A stretch of 64,000 nt of DNA, from contig JAQOWU010000007.1 of NCBI GenBank assembly GCA_030867685.1, forward strand, positions 930,001 to 994,000, in the 5' to 3' direction. A program made the position numbers and the translations under genes. Under the pieces are notes generated by a model that did no database searches, was not told the origin of the DNA, and saw only the letters and a program-made list of their open reading frames with translations. This DNA is from Wickerhamiella versatilis (taxonomy: Eukaryota). Below are positions 50,473-60,602 of the stretch, piece after piece; position 1 is the stretch's first letter; each line of letters begins with the position of its first letter.

Positions 50473-50521
50473 CTACGTTAGCAAGCCTTCTCTATAGACA
50501 AAATTTTGTTTATTTACCTAC
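50473..50521 (-). other. 49-nt spliceosomal intron joining the AIM41 frame to IND1
   Basis: TTG|GTAGGT...GCTAAC-G-TAG|GGG; phase 0; splicing restores the Ind1-type HSNPL|GL motif. Confidence 0.8.
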
Positions 50522-51040
50522 CAATGGATTGGAATGTGTAGAATAGGATCTGGTCTGCTGCATATTTTTGATGACAGCAACCACACTTTTTTTGGGGGCA
50601 AACCACTCCTTCTCAACATCTGGAAGGTTTGCCATAAGCTGCTTGAATGGAACATTCTTCCCCTGCGAAGCAAGATATTCATCGACCTTGGACTTTATCT
50701 GTTCAGCACTTGCCACGGGTATTTGTGATTGCAGCTTTTCTAAAACACTGATTTCAGCCTCTTCACCTTCAGCCAGATCAACACGACTACCTTTCCTGTA
50801 TTCTTCAGCAGATTCCTTGCGCTTTTTTCTAAGCCCGTCTACAACGGAATAGAGGTTAAGGTCCGTCGTGCAAGAATTCGGCTTGGAAATGTTGGCATTG
50901 GTGACAGCAGCCATAACACTTCGAAGAGTGTTTTTAGTGGTAGAGTCCTTTGCCCTCATCGCTGTTTTTAGGCCTTCACGAATACTTGCCATCGATGGCG
51001 GCTCTACAGCTGCCGCTAGGCGAAGGAGCGTCGGTCTCAT
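50510..51040 (-). CDS. AIM41: Mitochondrial GatB/YqeY-domain protein Aim41 (stop codon lies inside the intron)
   Basis: Presequence MRPTLLRL; LKTAMRAKD...NTLRSV, KKRKESAEEY....R.DLA..E..EI..L. Confidence 0.85.
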   Translation of the reverse strand: MRPTLLRLAAAVEPPSMASIREGLKTAMRAKDSTTKNTLRSVMAAVTNANISKPNSCTTDLNLYSVVDGLRKKRKESAEEYRKGSRVDLAEGEEAEISVLEKLQSQIPVASAEQIKSKVDEYLASQGKNVPFKQLMANLPDVEKEWFAPKKSVVAVIKNMQQTRSYSTHSNPLVGK

Positions 51041-51244
51041 GACTAACCTATGTTACTGGTTCGGCGGAGGGTTCTTTTCGTTGTTAAAAAAAAAGAATAT
51101 AGTAAGATTTAAAAAGTATTAAAAAAATTGACTATGATCGTGAGCTCTATATAGCGGTAATATTCTACATCACGTGTAGAGTGGTGTTGAATCAATGCAT
51201 GCTTTTTCTCTACGTTTACGAGGTCCTACGGATTTGCTTTTCTA

Positions 51245-51457
51245 TCATGTATTCAAATTACAAAGCCCTGAAAGCTTTGAAAACTCGTCATCTAGCCGTA
51301 AAAGGTCATCAAAGAACACATCAATTTCGTCCTCTCTCTTTTTATTGTTGATAACTTTGATGTCCTCATTTTGTTGTAACAAAGGACTGTTTTGAGTAAT
51401 GAGGCGGCTAAAAAGGGTCGAAGCTCTTAAAGGATTGGTAAAGATTCGGTCTGCCAT
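51245..51457 (-). CDS. Possible small protein
   Basis: 70-aa ATG ORF in an otherwise empty gap; amphipathic EIDVFFDDLL; no family recognised. Confidence 0.3.
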   Translation of the reverse strand: MADRIFTNPLRASTLFSRLITQNSPLLQQNEDIKVINNKKREDEIDVFFDDLLRLDDEFSKLSGLCNLNT

Positions 51458-51829
51458 CTATGCCTGTCTTTCCGCGCGAATCGGGAAAAGTGGTCCAACC
51501 CTATTCCATACGTCGCTATTAATTAAGGCATTCGTACTGGAGACGCATGTACTCTAAGGCTCAAGACGTATTATTTTATTGCAACACCAATTATATTAGC
51601 CATTGCAATTCCAGATTTCTCACATCTATTTCCTCAGATGATAGTATGAATCTTTGCATGATAATCCCTAGAAAGACAAGATATGGAAAATCCAAACCCA
51701 CTCTATCTGGTATTTAACAAACAGAGAGTGGAAATAATAGTTTAGCGCTGGATAACGATGTAGTATAACTACCAGGATGGATGATATGATACTCACTGTC
51801 GCTTTAGTCAGTGGCCATGCTAAAAGTCG

Positions 51830-53164
51830 ATGCCAACTATTTACGCAACAGCAACTCCTGCGGGACGTTCGGCTGTGGCAATGGTACGGATTAGTGGCCC
51901 AAGCACGCGTAGTATTCTAGAAAGCATGCTAGGCAAAGTGAAAGTACCGACTTCACATAGAGCCCGGCTTGCCACACTCTATTCGCCTCTCACAAGACAA
52001 GTTTTGGACCAAGCACTAGTGTTGTATTTTCAAGCTCCTAAGTCCTACACCGGTGAGGATACAGCGGAGTTACATTTACATGGCTCTCCTGCAGTGTCAA
52101 GAGCTGTGATGAAAGCAATTGCCAGTACACGGCATGCAAGATACGCCGAGCCAGGTGAGTTTACACGACGTGCATACAGGAATGGCAAGCTCGATCTCGC
52201 GCAAGTTGAAGGAATTAGGGATCTAATTGCTGCAGATACTGAAATTCAGAGGCAAACTGCGGCTAGTGCAGCCTCAGGAAAACTTTCCCAATTATATGAG
52301 GGATGGCGCCATCAAATAGTGAGGTGCGCTGGGCTTCTTACTGCATGGATAGACTTTGGAGAAGACAATGAACTCGGGTCAGAAGTACTTGTCAAAGTTC
52401 AGAGAGAAATAACCCAAATCTATTCAGAGGTTCGTAGGCATACGGATAATATATGTTCCGAGCTAGTACGGACTGGAGTACGATTAGCTTTTCTTGGTGA
52501 GCCCAATGCTGGCAAATCTAGTCTCACTAACTTGCTAGTGAAACGAACTGCATCGATTGTCAGCGATATCCCTGGTACCACACGTGATGCTATTGAGGTA
52601 GACCTGGACATTAATGGCTACAAAGTAAAGCTAGGTGACACTGCTGGAGTTCGTAGCACGGAGGACAAAATTGAACGTCTAGGGATTGAGCGAACTTGTC
52701 AAGTTCTTGACGAGGCTCATTTGGTTTTAGCGATATCACCTGCAGGGTCACCTCGAAGTCGTGATGTGATGGACACAGCTAAACGGCTCGAAGATATAGG
52801 AAAACGCATAATATGGATTGAATCCAAAGCAGATTTGGCTCAACCTGAAGGATGGGGATTGCCAGTATCCACAGAGTCTGGTATTGGCGTTCCAGACCTT
52901 CTCCAGTTAATTTCCCATGAATGCGACTCATTAACTCATCTTTCTCATGATACAGTTGGGGCTTCAGAGCGAGCTCGTAATTTGTTAGAGGAACAGGTCT
53001 TACCAGGGCTGAAGACAGGTCTTGATCTCATAGACTTTGATGTGGTTCTTGCCAGCGCCGAACTTCAAGCGGCTGTTAATGGCATTGGTCGAATCACTGG
53101 ACGTGAAATTGGCATAAATGAAGTGTTAGATGTCGTTTTTGGCGACTTCTGTGTTGGAAAGTAG
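51830..53164 (+). CDS. MSS1: tRNA-modification GTPase MnmE/GTPBP3
   Basis: TIYA.ATP.GRSAVA.VRISG, PKSYTGED..ELH.HG, GEPNAGKSSL, PGTTRD, DTAGVR, C-terminal FCVGK. Confidence 0.95.
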   Translation: MPTIYATATPAGRSAVAMVRISGPSTRSILESMLGKVKVPTSHRARLATLYSPLTRQVLDQALVLYFQAPKSYTGEDTAELHLHGSPAVSRAVMKAIASTRHARYAEPGEFTRRAYRNGKLDLAQVEGIRDLIAADTEIQRQTAASAASGKLSQLYEGWRHQIVRCAGLLTAWIDFGEDNELGSEVLVKVQREITQIYSEVRRHTDNICSELVRTGVRLAFLGEPNAGKSSLTNLLVKRTASIVSDIPGTTRDAIEVDLDINGYKVKLGDTAGVRSTEDKIERLGIERTCQVLDEAHLVLAISPAGSPRSRDVMDTAKRLEDIGKRIIWIESKADLAQPEGWGLPVSTESGIGVPDLLQLISHECDSLTHLSHDTVGASERARNLLEEQVLPGLKTGLDLIDFDVVLASAELQAAVNGIGRITGREIGINEVLDVVFGDFCVGK

Positions 53165-53309
53165 CAATTGTTCATTCTTGGCTCAAGTGCTCTGGAAGGA
53201 ATAAAAAAAAGCTGTTTAGAAAAATTAGTACCAATTCGGCGCTGATGTTAGATACCTACGAAATCTAGGCAGCAGCAGCATCTATGTACAAGTTAAAGAA
53301 CATAGATAT

Positions 53310-54632
53310 TTAAGATTTTTTGGATTCGCGTTCTAAGAATTCTGCAAATTTGCCAAATACGCCCCCTATTCCACTCTCATAGGACCCAGCTGCGCGCCCT
53401 AATCGTGCTAGACCCACTTGGGCACGCCTTTCTTCATCCCAGCCCAGAAAGTTTGCAATGAGCTGGAGAATCTCGAATTTCTTTGTATCTTGGCGGGGAA
53501 CTGTCGCGTACTGAATGAACAAGTTTGATATCAGTTCCTTATCTACAGTCTGCCCTTCTGCATCTTTCTTAACAAGTCGCAATGCATTTGTGAGATGATC
53601 GTTCAGAATGACAGCCTCATGGCGCAGTTTTCCAATGAGCAGATTCTTCTCCTTGACGCTAGATTCGAGTTCAACAATACGAGCTTGAAAATGTGCAGAT
53701 TTACCCGCCTCAGCCTCTGCTTGTTCAGCCCTCTGCTGGCTTCCATGCAACTGTGACTGTACATCTTTCAGTAGCCTGTGCTGGGTGCCAAGCTCCTGTT
53801 CAAGTTCAGCCACAGCAGTAGCTTTTTGGTTAGTTGTTTGAGCAAGCCTGCGCTCTAGTAACTCACATAGATCTTTGTAACGAGTAGACTCAGTGATCTC
53901 AGAGGCTAGGTCTGATTGGGCCTTCGCCAGTTCCACTTCCGTAGCTTCGCGGAGAGAGCGCTGTTCAGCTAATTGTTGCTGATGGTGAACATCTAGTGCA
54001 TCCAGGGTCTCCTGGCGGTCACTACGTGCAAGCTCCAGTTCTTTTTGTAGGAGAGTGTTTTGATCCGTGAGCTTTGCCACTGCTTCCGCATCTTTCTTTA
54101 AACGGTCGCTTAAATTACTTTTGACATGGGTGAGCTTCTCTACGAGATTGTCATAGGCGTCCTGCGCCTCGTCACGCTCAGATTCCGCCTCTGCCAATTT
54201 CTGACGGAGAGACTCAAGCTCCTCACTGGGCTTGTCTACTTTTTCCGGGCTCAAATTTTGCCCAGGGACAGCGATTTTCTGTTGATTCGTCGTATCGGAG
54301 TCTGGCTTGTCACTGTTTACAGTGGGCGACTCGGTCGTACTCTCATTTCCTGTGTTGGGAACGCTGTCAGTGGCATCAGCCTCATCTAGATTTGTTTCAG
54401 CACTACCATTTGTTTGAGACTTACTATCAGACGACAAATCGTTGCCTGGTACTGACTTCTCATCCTGAATAGACGAGGCCGGATTATCGATTTCTTCGCT
54501 TTTCGATAAATCACCGTTTTCCGAAGCTTCAACTTTGTGTCCTTCACCCTCCACTTCCAGTGAAGGGTTTTGAGTCTCGCTACCAGGAGTGCTTGCCTTG
54601 CTCGCCTTCTTCTTGCTCTTCTTCGAGCCCAT
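53310..54632 (-). CDS. RUD3: GRAB-domain golgin Rud3
   Basis: Coiled coil then KEKNLLIGKLRHEAVILNDHLT.AL, VDKELISNLF, KKFEILQLIANFLGWD. Confidence 0.92.
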   Translation of the reverse strand: MGSKKSKKKASKASTPGSETQNPSLEVEGEGHKVEASENGDLSKSEEIDNPASSIQDEKSVPGNDLSSDSKSQTNGSAETNLDEADATDSVPNTGNESTTESPTVNSDKPDSDTTNQQKIAVPGQNLSPEKVDKPSEELESLRQKLAEAESERDEAQDAYDNLVEKLTHVKSNLSDRLKKDAEAVAKLTDQNTLLQKELELARSDRQETLDALDVHHQQQLAEQRSLREATEVELAKAQSDLASEITESTRYKDLCELLERRLAQTTNQKATAVAELEQELGTQHRLLKDVQSQLHGSQQRAEQAEAEAGKSAHFQARIVELESSVKEKNLLIGKLRHEAVILNDHLTNALRLVKKDAEGQTVDKELISNLFIQYATVPRQDTKKFEILQLIANFLGWDEERRAQVGLARLGRAAGSYESGIGGVFGKFAEFLERESKKS

Positions 54633-54829
54633 TGACGCCAACTTTCGTGGTGTGTCAGCTTACTCGTCTGAAGGTTACATATCTCTAGGCTGTATTTAAT
54701 TAAGGAATGCCAATAGATTTCACTAATTTTCCAATAATGAACATATTGAAGCTGTAATAATAGGATAGAAACCCAGTTGTAGGATGGGTTTCTAAACACA
54801 AGCTTGGGTAAGCAAAGCTCCACACGGGC

Positions 54830-57235
54830 ATGGCTGGGGGAATTAAGCGATACTTCCAGCCTGCTAGCGCAAAATCTGATCCACAATCTAGTGAGCAAGG
54901 CGAACCTTCGCCAAAGCGTGCAAAAGAAGAACCTAAGGACGAGATTGATCTGACCAAGGAAGAACCTGAAGATGTGGTAGATTTGACTGGGAGCACAACC
55001 TCTACTTCTGTTTCTTCGAGACAAAAGTCTAGCAATAGTGATAAACCGAAAGGAACGAGCAAGAACACAACGCATGAGGTAAAAAAGGAATCTGGTACGC
55101 GTCCTAAGTCAGCTGCGGATATTCTCGCAGGAATTCCAAATGTGGAACTCCCGGACATTGACCCCCATCAGAAAGTTAATTTACATCAAGTTCTTCAGAA
55201 CCAAAAGACATCTGATGGAGAATTTGGCCCTGAGCCTGATGCTGCCCCTGATTGTCTTACTGGGTTGACCTTCGTAGTAACGGGGACCTTACCAACTCTT
55301 GGACGTGACCAAATCACTTCGCTCATAAAACGCCTTGGAGGCCATGTAACTTCCAGTTTAAGCGGACGTACATCGTGTGTAGTTCTTGGTGAGGATGCAG
55401 GCCCTTCGAAAATAGCCAAAGCCCGCCAACTTGGCCTCAAGGTGATTGATGAAGCAGGATTTAGGAAGCTTCTCGATGAAATGCCTGCAGGTGGGGGGTC
55501 TGGTGAAGCTGCCAAGAAGGCCCACGAAAAGCAAGCCCAGGAGCAGCAGAGAGCTCTTAAAAAGGCGAAAGAGTTGACTTCCCACCAGGCTGATACGAGC
55601 AATCAATTGTGGACCGATAAATACGCACCTCGTTCTTTGTCGGATATAGTCGGCAATCAGACCGTGGTCAACCGCCTGAAGAACTGGCTCTCAAATTGGC
55701 ATCGGTATCGCAAAGCAGGGTTTAAAGCAGGCTTGGGCGAAGGGTCCGAATACAGGGCAGCAATTTTACACGGAGCTCCGGGCATAGGCAAGACAACTGC
55801 CGCACATATAGTCGGAAAATTATGTGGCTATGATGTGCTTGAGTATAATGCTAGTGATACGCGCTCGAAAAGTTTGCTGCAGCAACATGTCTCGCAAACA
55901 TTATCCAACACGACTTTGGGGAAAAAATCCGAACAGCAGTGTATAATTATGGACGAAGTCGATGGTATGAGTGCAGGTGATAGAGGTGGAGTTGGTGCGA
56001 TGGCTCAGCTGGCGCGCACCACCAATATCCCGTTGATACTTATTTGCAATGAACGAACTATTCCTAAAATGCGTCCTTTTGATCGAGTCACGTTTGATTT
56101 ACCCTTCCGTAGACCAGATGCAGGAGCGATAAAGCATAGAGTCATGGCAATTGCTGCAGCGGAGGGATTGAAATTGGAGCCTTCGGCTATCGAGCAGCTA
56201 TCTCAGTCTACTCGATCTGATATGCGTCAGATCCTCAATCTTCTTTCCACATACGCGACTACAGCAAAGCAGATGTCCTTTGATAATTCACGCTCATTTT
56301 CTAAGAGCTGGAACAAAGAAATCGTACTTAAGCCTTTCGATATCGTGTCTCGCTACCTTAGCGGTGGCTACTGGCGACAGGGGTCTTTGAACGAACGCAT
56401 TGAGCTATATTTCAATGACTACGATTTTTCACCGTTAATGGTTCAGGAAAACTATCTAAATACGGCCCCTGCTGCGGGAAGGCATCTTCAGCAAGTCTGC
56501 GAAGCAGCAGATTCCATCTCTTTCGCAGATGTAATAGATAGAAAAATTCATGGACCACAACAGATGTGGTCTCTTATGCCTCTCCATGCTATCTATTCAT
56601 GTCTTTATCCCTCAAGCCTTGTGGCAGGCCAAGCTCGTGGCCGTTTTGGCTTCACATCCTTCTTAGGTCAGAATTCGAAGGCAGGAAAGTACCGCAGGCT
56701 TCTAGCGGAAGTGAGGTCTCACATGCGTCTAAAATTAGCAGCTACCACCCAAGACTTACGTTTGGAGTATCAACCAGAACTTGTGGAGAGACTTCTAGCA
56801 CCTCTCTTGAACAGAGGTCAAGATGGCATACCCGAAATCATAGACTTTATGGACAACTATTATCTCACACGCGAGGATTTTGATGTTCTTATGGAGCTAG
56901 GTGTTGGTCCAAATTCATCTGAGATGCGGGCGAAAAAGGTCCCCACAGCGGTGAAAACGGCTTTCACGCGTAAGTATAATGCCAGTTCGCATCCTCTGCC
57001 CTTCATGAGGAATATGGAGTCGAAAACAGCGGCAAAGCGAGCACCTCCTCCGGACCTGGAAGAGGTTGTTGATGATGATATGGAAGCAGAACCTGAACAA
57101 CCGAACGAGCCATCTTTGGAAGAAAAAATTGCATCCGACAAATATATTCAGCGGCCAAAGGCTAAGGCGAAGCCCAAGACTGCAGCAAATTCTACTAAGA
57201 GGAAGCAGCCAGCAAAGAAACAAGCGAAAAAGTAA
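54830..57235 (+). CDS. RFC1: Replication factor C large subunit
   Basis: BRCT CLTGLTFVVTG, LWTDKYAP, GAPGIGKTT, NASDTRSK, MDEVDGMSAGDRGG. Confidence 0.97.
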   Translation: MAGGIKRYFQPASAKSDPQSSEQGEPSPKRAKEEPKDEIDLTKEEPEDVVDLTGSTTSTSVSSRQKSSNSDKPKGTSKNTTHEVKKESGTRPKSAADILAGIPNVELPDIDPHQKVNLHQVLQNQKTSDGEFGPEPDAAPDCLTGLTFVVTGTLPTLGRDQITSLIKRLGGHVTSSLSGRTSCVVLGEDAGPSKIAKARQLGLKVIDEAGFRKLLDEMPAGGGSGEAAKKAHEKQAQEQQRALKKAKELTSHQADTSNQLWTDKYAPRSLSDIVGNQTVVNRLKNWLSNWHRYRKAGFKAGLGEGSEYRAAILHGAPGIGKTTAAHIVGKLCGYDVLEYNASDTRSKSLLQQHVSQTLSNTTLGKKSEQQCIIMDEVDGMSAGDRGGVGAMAQLARTTNIPLILICNERTIPKMRPFDRVTFDLPFRRPDAGAIKHRVMAIAAAEGLKLEPSAIEQLSQSTRSDMRQILNLLSTYATTAKQMSFDNSRSFSKSWNKEIVLKPFDIVSRYLSGGYWRQGSLNERIELYFNDYDFSPLMVQENYLNTAPAAGRHLQQVCEAADSISFADVIDRKIHGPQQMWSLMPLHAIYSCLYPSSLVAGQARGRFGFTSFLGQNSKAGKYRRLLAEVRSHMRLKLAATTQDLRLEYQPELVERLLAPLLNRGQDGIPEIIDFMDNYYLTREDFDVLMELGVGPNSSEMRAKKVPTAVKTAFTRKYNASSHPLPFMRNMESKTAAKRAPPPDLEEVVDDDMEAEPEQPNEPSLEEKIASDKYIQRPKAKAKPKTAANSTKRKQPAKKQAKK

Positions 57236-57568
57236 ATTTATCGGAATAAGTTTACGTAGATGTTTCGATTTATATATCATAAAGTGTTGCTATTGTTAAC
57301 GGCCTGTATATCATTGAGTATCAAGACACATGGTACCTTACCGCACTAATTGCGCCTGATAAGGCAGGAATATAGCCCAGGTAACCCAAGTGGAGATATT
57401 TCCCCCAAAGAAATGGGAGGAAAATCTAGTTCATCTAGATCTCTTAGTGATAGGTATATTCATGTTCACTCTCCCCAGGGCAAGGGCTGCTGCTGCGAGC
57501 AGTCCATCTCCTCCCTCCAGGATTACTGGAGCTAATCAATCATCACCCTAACCGCCACTAAGTCCTCG

Positions 57569-58717
57569 ATGCTTTGGACACTTTTACCCGTAATTACTGT
57601 CGCAACAAGTTTTTGTGACTTTTCTGCGCTGGAATCTAGTGGCGAACATGAATCCTGCCCGGTGGATGTTCCCCTAAGTTGCTCTTCTGGCTCTAGTGAT
57701 AGCTGCTGTTACGAAGGGACTAATGGTCTCTTTTTGCAAACACAATTCTGGGATTACAATCCAGCAACTGGCCCTAATGATACGTGGACACTTCATGGCT
57801 TGTGGTCCGATAAGTGTGCAGGAGGATATGATCAATTCTGCAATTCAGGTTGGGCAATTCACAGTGCGACAACAACGTTAAAACAACTAGGACTCCACGA
57901 ATTGATTGAGAAAATGAGCAAGATATGGAAAAACCAAGGACCATCTGATGATAGTCTCTGGACCCACGAATTTAACAAGCATGGTACTTGTATGTCAACC
58001 GTAAATCCGTCTTGTTACACCGGAGCAAGTTCTGCTAACGATAATGTGGGAGATTTTTTCAAAGCCGCTGTAGGTCTCTATGAGGAACTCCCGACTTACG
58101 ACTTCCTTGCTGGTGCGGGCATAACTCCTTCGAGCAGCAAAACCTGGACGCTCTCTGAGTTCAACGACGCTATCACAAATCACACCGGCGGAAGTTCTGT
58201 ATTTCTAGGATGCGATAGACACAACGCTGTCAATGAAGTTTGGTATTTCTTTAAACTTCGGGGCTCAGTTGCTGATGGTACTTTTTACAATACTGACGCT
58301 ATTTCTATGTCCACATGTTCAGACGGGTTCAAATACCTTCCTAAAATGAAAAGAGGTGGCGGCGGAAACCCTGGCGATGGCAATACTCATAGAGCTCACT
58401 TGGAAATCGATGGATACAAGGGTTGCTTGATCTCTGATGGGTCATGGTACGCAAGTGGTACTTGTGCTACCTTCAGACTGGCTTCTTCTGTAGGTGGCTA
58501 TTCTGTAAGATCCTCGAAGGGTCCCTGTGGGGTTGAAAATGGCCAGCTTAAGTGTGGTAACGGCGTTAGCCCGTCCGACTTTGAGGTTAAGGATGGGTAT
58601 TTGAGTTATGGTGGGTCCACTGAGTGGAGCGCCAATAGGAAGCCACAGGGACAAGGTCGTGAGACTGTTTCAAATGGTGACGGTAACGTATCGTTCAAAA
58701 TAAAAATCAGCACATAA
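57569..58717 (+). CDS. RNY1: Ribonuclease T2
   Basis: Signal peptide; CAS I WTLHGLW and CAS II LWTHEFNKHGTC; fungal C-terminal GCLISDG.WY..GTCATF. Confidence 0.93.
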   Translation: MLWTLLPVITVATSFCDFSALESSGEHESCPVDVPLSCSSGSSDSCCYEGTNGLFLQTQFWDYNPATGPNDTWTLHGLWSDKCAGGYDQFCNSGWAIHSATTTLKQLGLHELIEKMSKIWKNQGPSDDSLWTHEFNKHGTCMSTVNPSCYTGASSANDNVGDFFKAAVGLYEELPTYDFLAGAGITPSSSKTWTLSEFNDAITNHTGGSSVFLGCDRHNAVNEVWYFFKLRGSVADGTFYNTDAISMSTCSDGFKYLPKMKRGGGGNPGDGNTHRAHLEIDGYKGCLISDGSWYASGTCATFRLASSVGGYSVRSSKGPCGVENGQLKCGNGVSPSDFEVKDGYLSYGGSTEWSANRKPQGQGRETVSNGDGNVSFKIKIST

Positions 58718-59068
58718 GACCTAGTACCAATGGGGTTGTTCACTCAATTGTATAAAAGATTCGGTTGCATTCAATAGCTTAGTTTACAAGCTTCGCAATA
58801 TAGCCCCTACTATATATTGGGTTGATATCTGATAGGTGAGAAAGGCACACCGCGTTTTTATAATAAGGACACCTAACCCATAGCAATTTACTACTACTAC
58901 GCCACGCTGATATGATACGCGCTATATACCTCCAAAAAGACAGAAGCCAAATTATTTCCGTATTGTTGATTTTACCCCAATAATTCCGCCATTAGGCAAG
59001 TGGGAACTATAATTAGTAGTCATGTGAGCCATGTATTTACTGAAACCATTAGTCATTCACACTGTGTA

Positions 59069-60523
59069 ATGAGTGAGCCGGTCCTGTCCGTCACTCCGAT
59101 ACAGGATAGTACCAGAAGAAGGACTGCAGACGGCCTCATGGCTGGAATTAAGGGTATAGAGCCGCTTGAGTTTGCGAATTTGGATAGGGCGTCGACGCTG
59201 GTCATTGATGTCCGTCCCATAACATCATACGCTGGCGGCCACATCGATGGTGCCATCAGTATCTGCATACCTAGTACACTTCTGAAGCGACAGACATTTG
59301 GATATAGTCGCATTATAGAGCTTGTGGCACCTCAAGAAAGTGCAAAGCTCAGAAGGATACCTGAGTACAAGGCAGTTGTTTTTTATGACTCGTCTTCTAT
59401 AAAACTACGGAGTGACACGCCTCTTGCACGAACGCTCCAAAAATTTATGAATGTTGTCGATGAAAAACATCTTTTTTTTCTGGCAGGGGGTATAAGTGCC
59501 TTGTCGTCAATTGCACCTGGACGTGTAGTGACATCGGTGGAACACCATCCGAAGTCACCATTCAATCTATTACCAGTAACAACTGAGGTACGAGGAATAT
59601 TGGGATCGACTCCGTTGAGCTCCAGATCACCTTTTTTTTCTTCGGATGAGTCGACAACCATTAATGCTCCGGAGCACGTTGATATAGATCGTTTGCCACC
59701 CTGGCTAAAGTATGCTCTTTCAGAGTCGCGTGAGGGTCATGATTTTGTTGCTGAAGAATTCTCTCAACTGCAGGCCAGTGAAATGAGCCGTATACAAAAT
59801 TCACTTTTCACTGGTGATCCTGGAAAGAACCGCTACTCCAATGTCCACCCCTACAGCCACAACCGGGTGTTAGCTGGTGATAAATATGTGAATGCGAGCT
59901 ATATTCAGTCCCATTTAGTTCCACGTCATCGTTATATCGCTACACAGGCTCCCGTGCCAGCAAGTTTCAATGATTTCTGGAGACTAATCCTGGAACATCG
60001 TGTTCCTCTTATCTTAATGCTTACAACGCTATTCACGGAAAGTGGTGCAGTGAAGGGGCATAAATACTGGAACTCGGGAAATTATGGTGATATTTACCTG
60101 GAAACCCTCGAGACATACCGGGAGGATGATTTCGTCACGAGGAAAATTAGGGTTTCAAACAATGAGGGAAACGTTCACGAATTATTGCATATTCATTATG
60201 AGCAGTGGCCAGACCTTGGAACTCCAAATAATATACAAGAGCTACTTCGGCTCGTAGAGCTCAAGCAGCGGTTGGTAAGGGATGATTCACAGGTAGTCGT
60301 CCATTGTTCTGCCGGCTGTGGTCGAACAGGTACCTTTTGCACCATTGATACCGTAGTCGCTTTTCTTCGGGAGCAGGCTCCTGATCAACAGCGACAAGAC
60401 CATGTGGATCATGTCTTTGAGACAGTTCGTGAATTTCGAAACCAACGTGTATTTATGGTTCAAAATCAAAGGCAGTTGCAATTATGCTATGACGCTATCA
60501 TAGCATGGCTGGGAAATAGATAG
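59069..60523 (+). CDS. Rhodanese + tyrosine phosphatase (Ptp2/Ptp3/Pyp1-like)
   Basis: IDVRP...Y..GHI.GA...CIPSTLLKR; KNRY, YIATQAP, WPDLG, VHCSAGCGRTG. Confidence 0.92.
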   Translation: MSEPVLSVTPIQDSTRRRTADGLMAGIKGIEPLEFANLDRASTLVIDVRPITSYAGGHIDGAISICIPSTLLKRQTFGYSRIIELVAPQESAKLRRIPEYKAVVFYDSSSIKLRSDTPLARTLQKFMNVVDEKHLFFLAGGISALSSIAPGRVVTSVEHHPKSPFNLLPVTTEVRGILGSTPLSSRSPFFSSDESTTINAPEHVDIDRLPPWLKYALSESREGHDFVAEEFSQLQASEMSRIQNSLFTGDPGKNRYSNVHPYSHNRVLAGDKYVNASYIQSHLVPRHRYIATQAPVPASFNDFWRLILEHRVPLILMLTTLFTESGAVKGHKYWNSGNYGDIYLETLETYREDDFVTRKIRVSNNEGNVHELLHIHYEQWPDLGTPNNIQELLRLVELKQRLVRDDSQVVVHCSAGCGRTGTFCTIDTVVAFLREQAPDQQRQDHVDHVFETVREFRNQRVFMVQNQRQLQLCYDAIIAWLGNR

Positions 60524-60602
60524 CGTGAGGCTATATACAATATGAATGACGAAATACAAACGGTGACGCTATTTTTAAGCTTGCTATTTTAAAAAATATT
60601 AT

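Noticed and set aside
54386-55075. 229-aa minus ORF and other long overlapping ORFs (e.g. 21978-22649, 62249-62830, 10009-10479)
   Set aside because: Antisense or alternate-frame shadows of well-supported genes with no recognisable motifs
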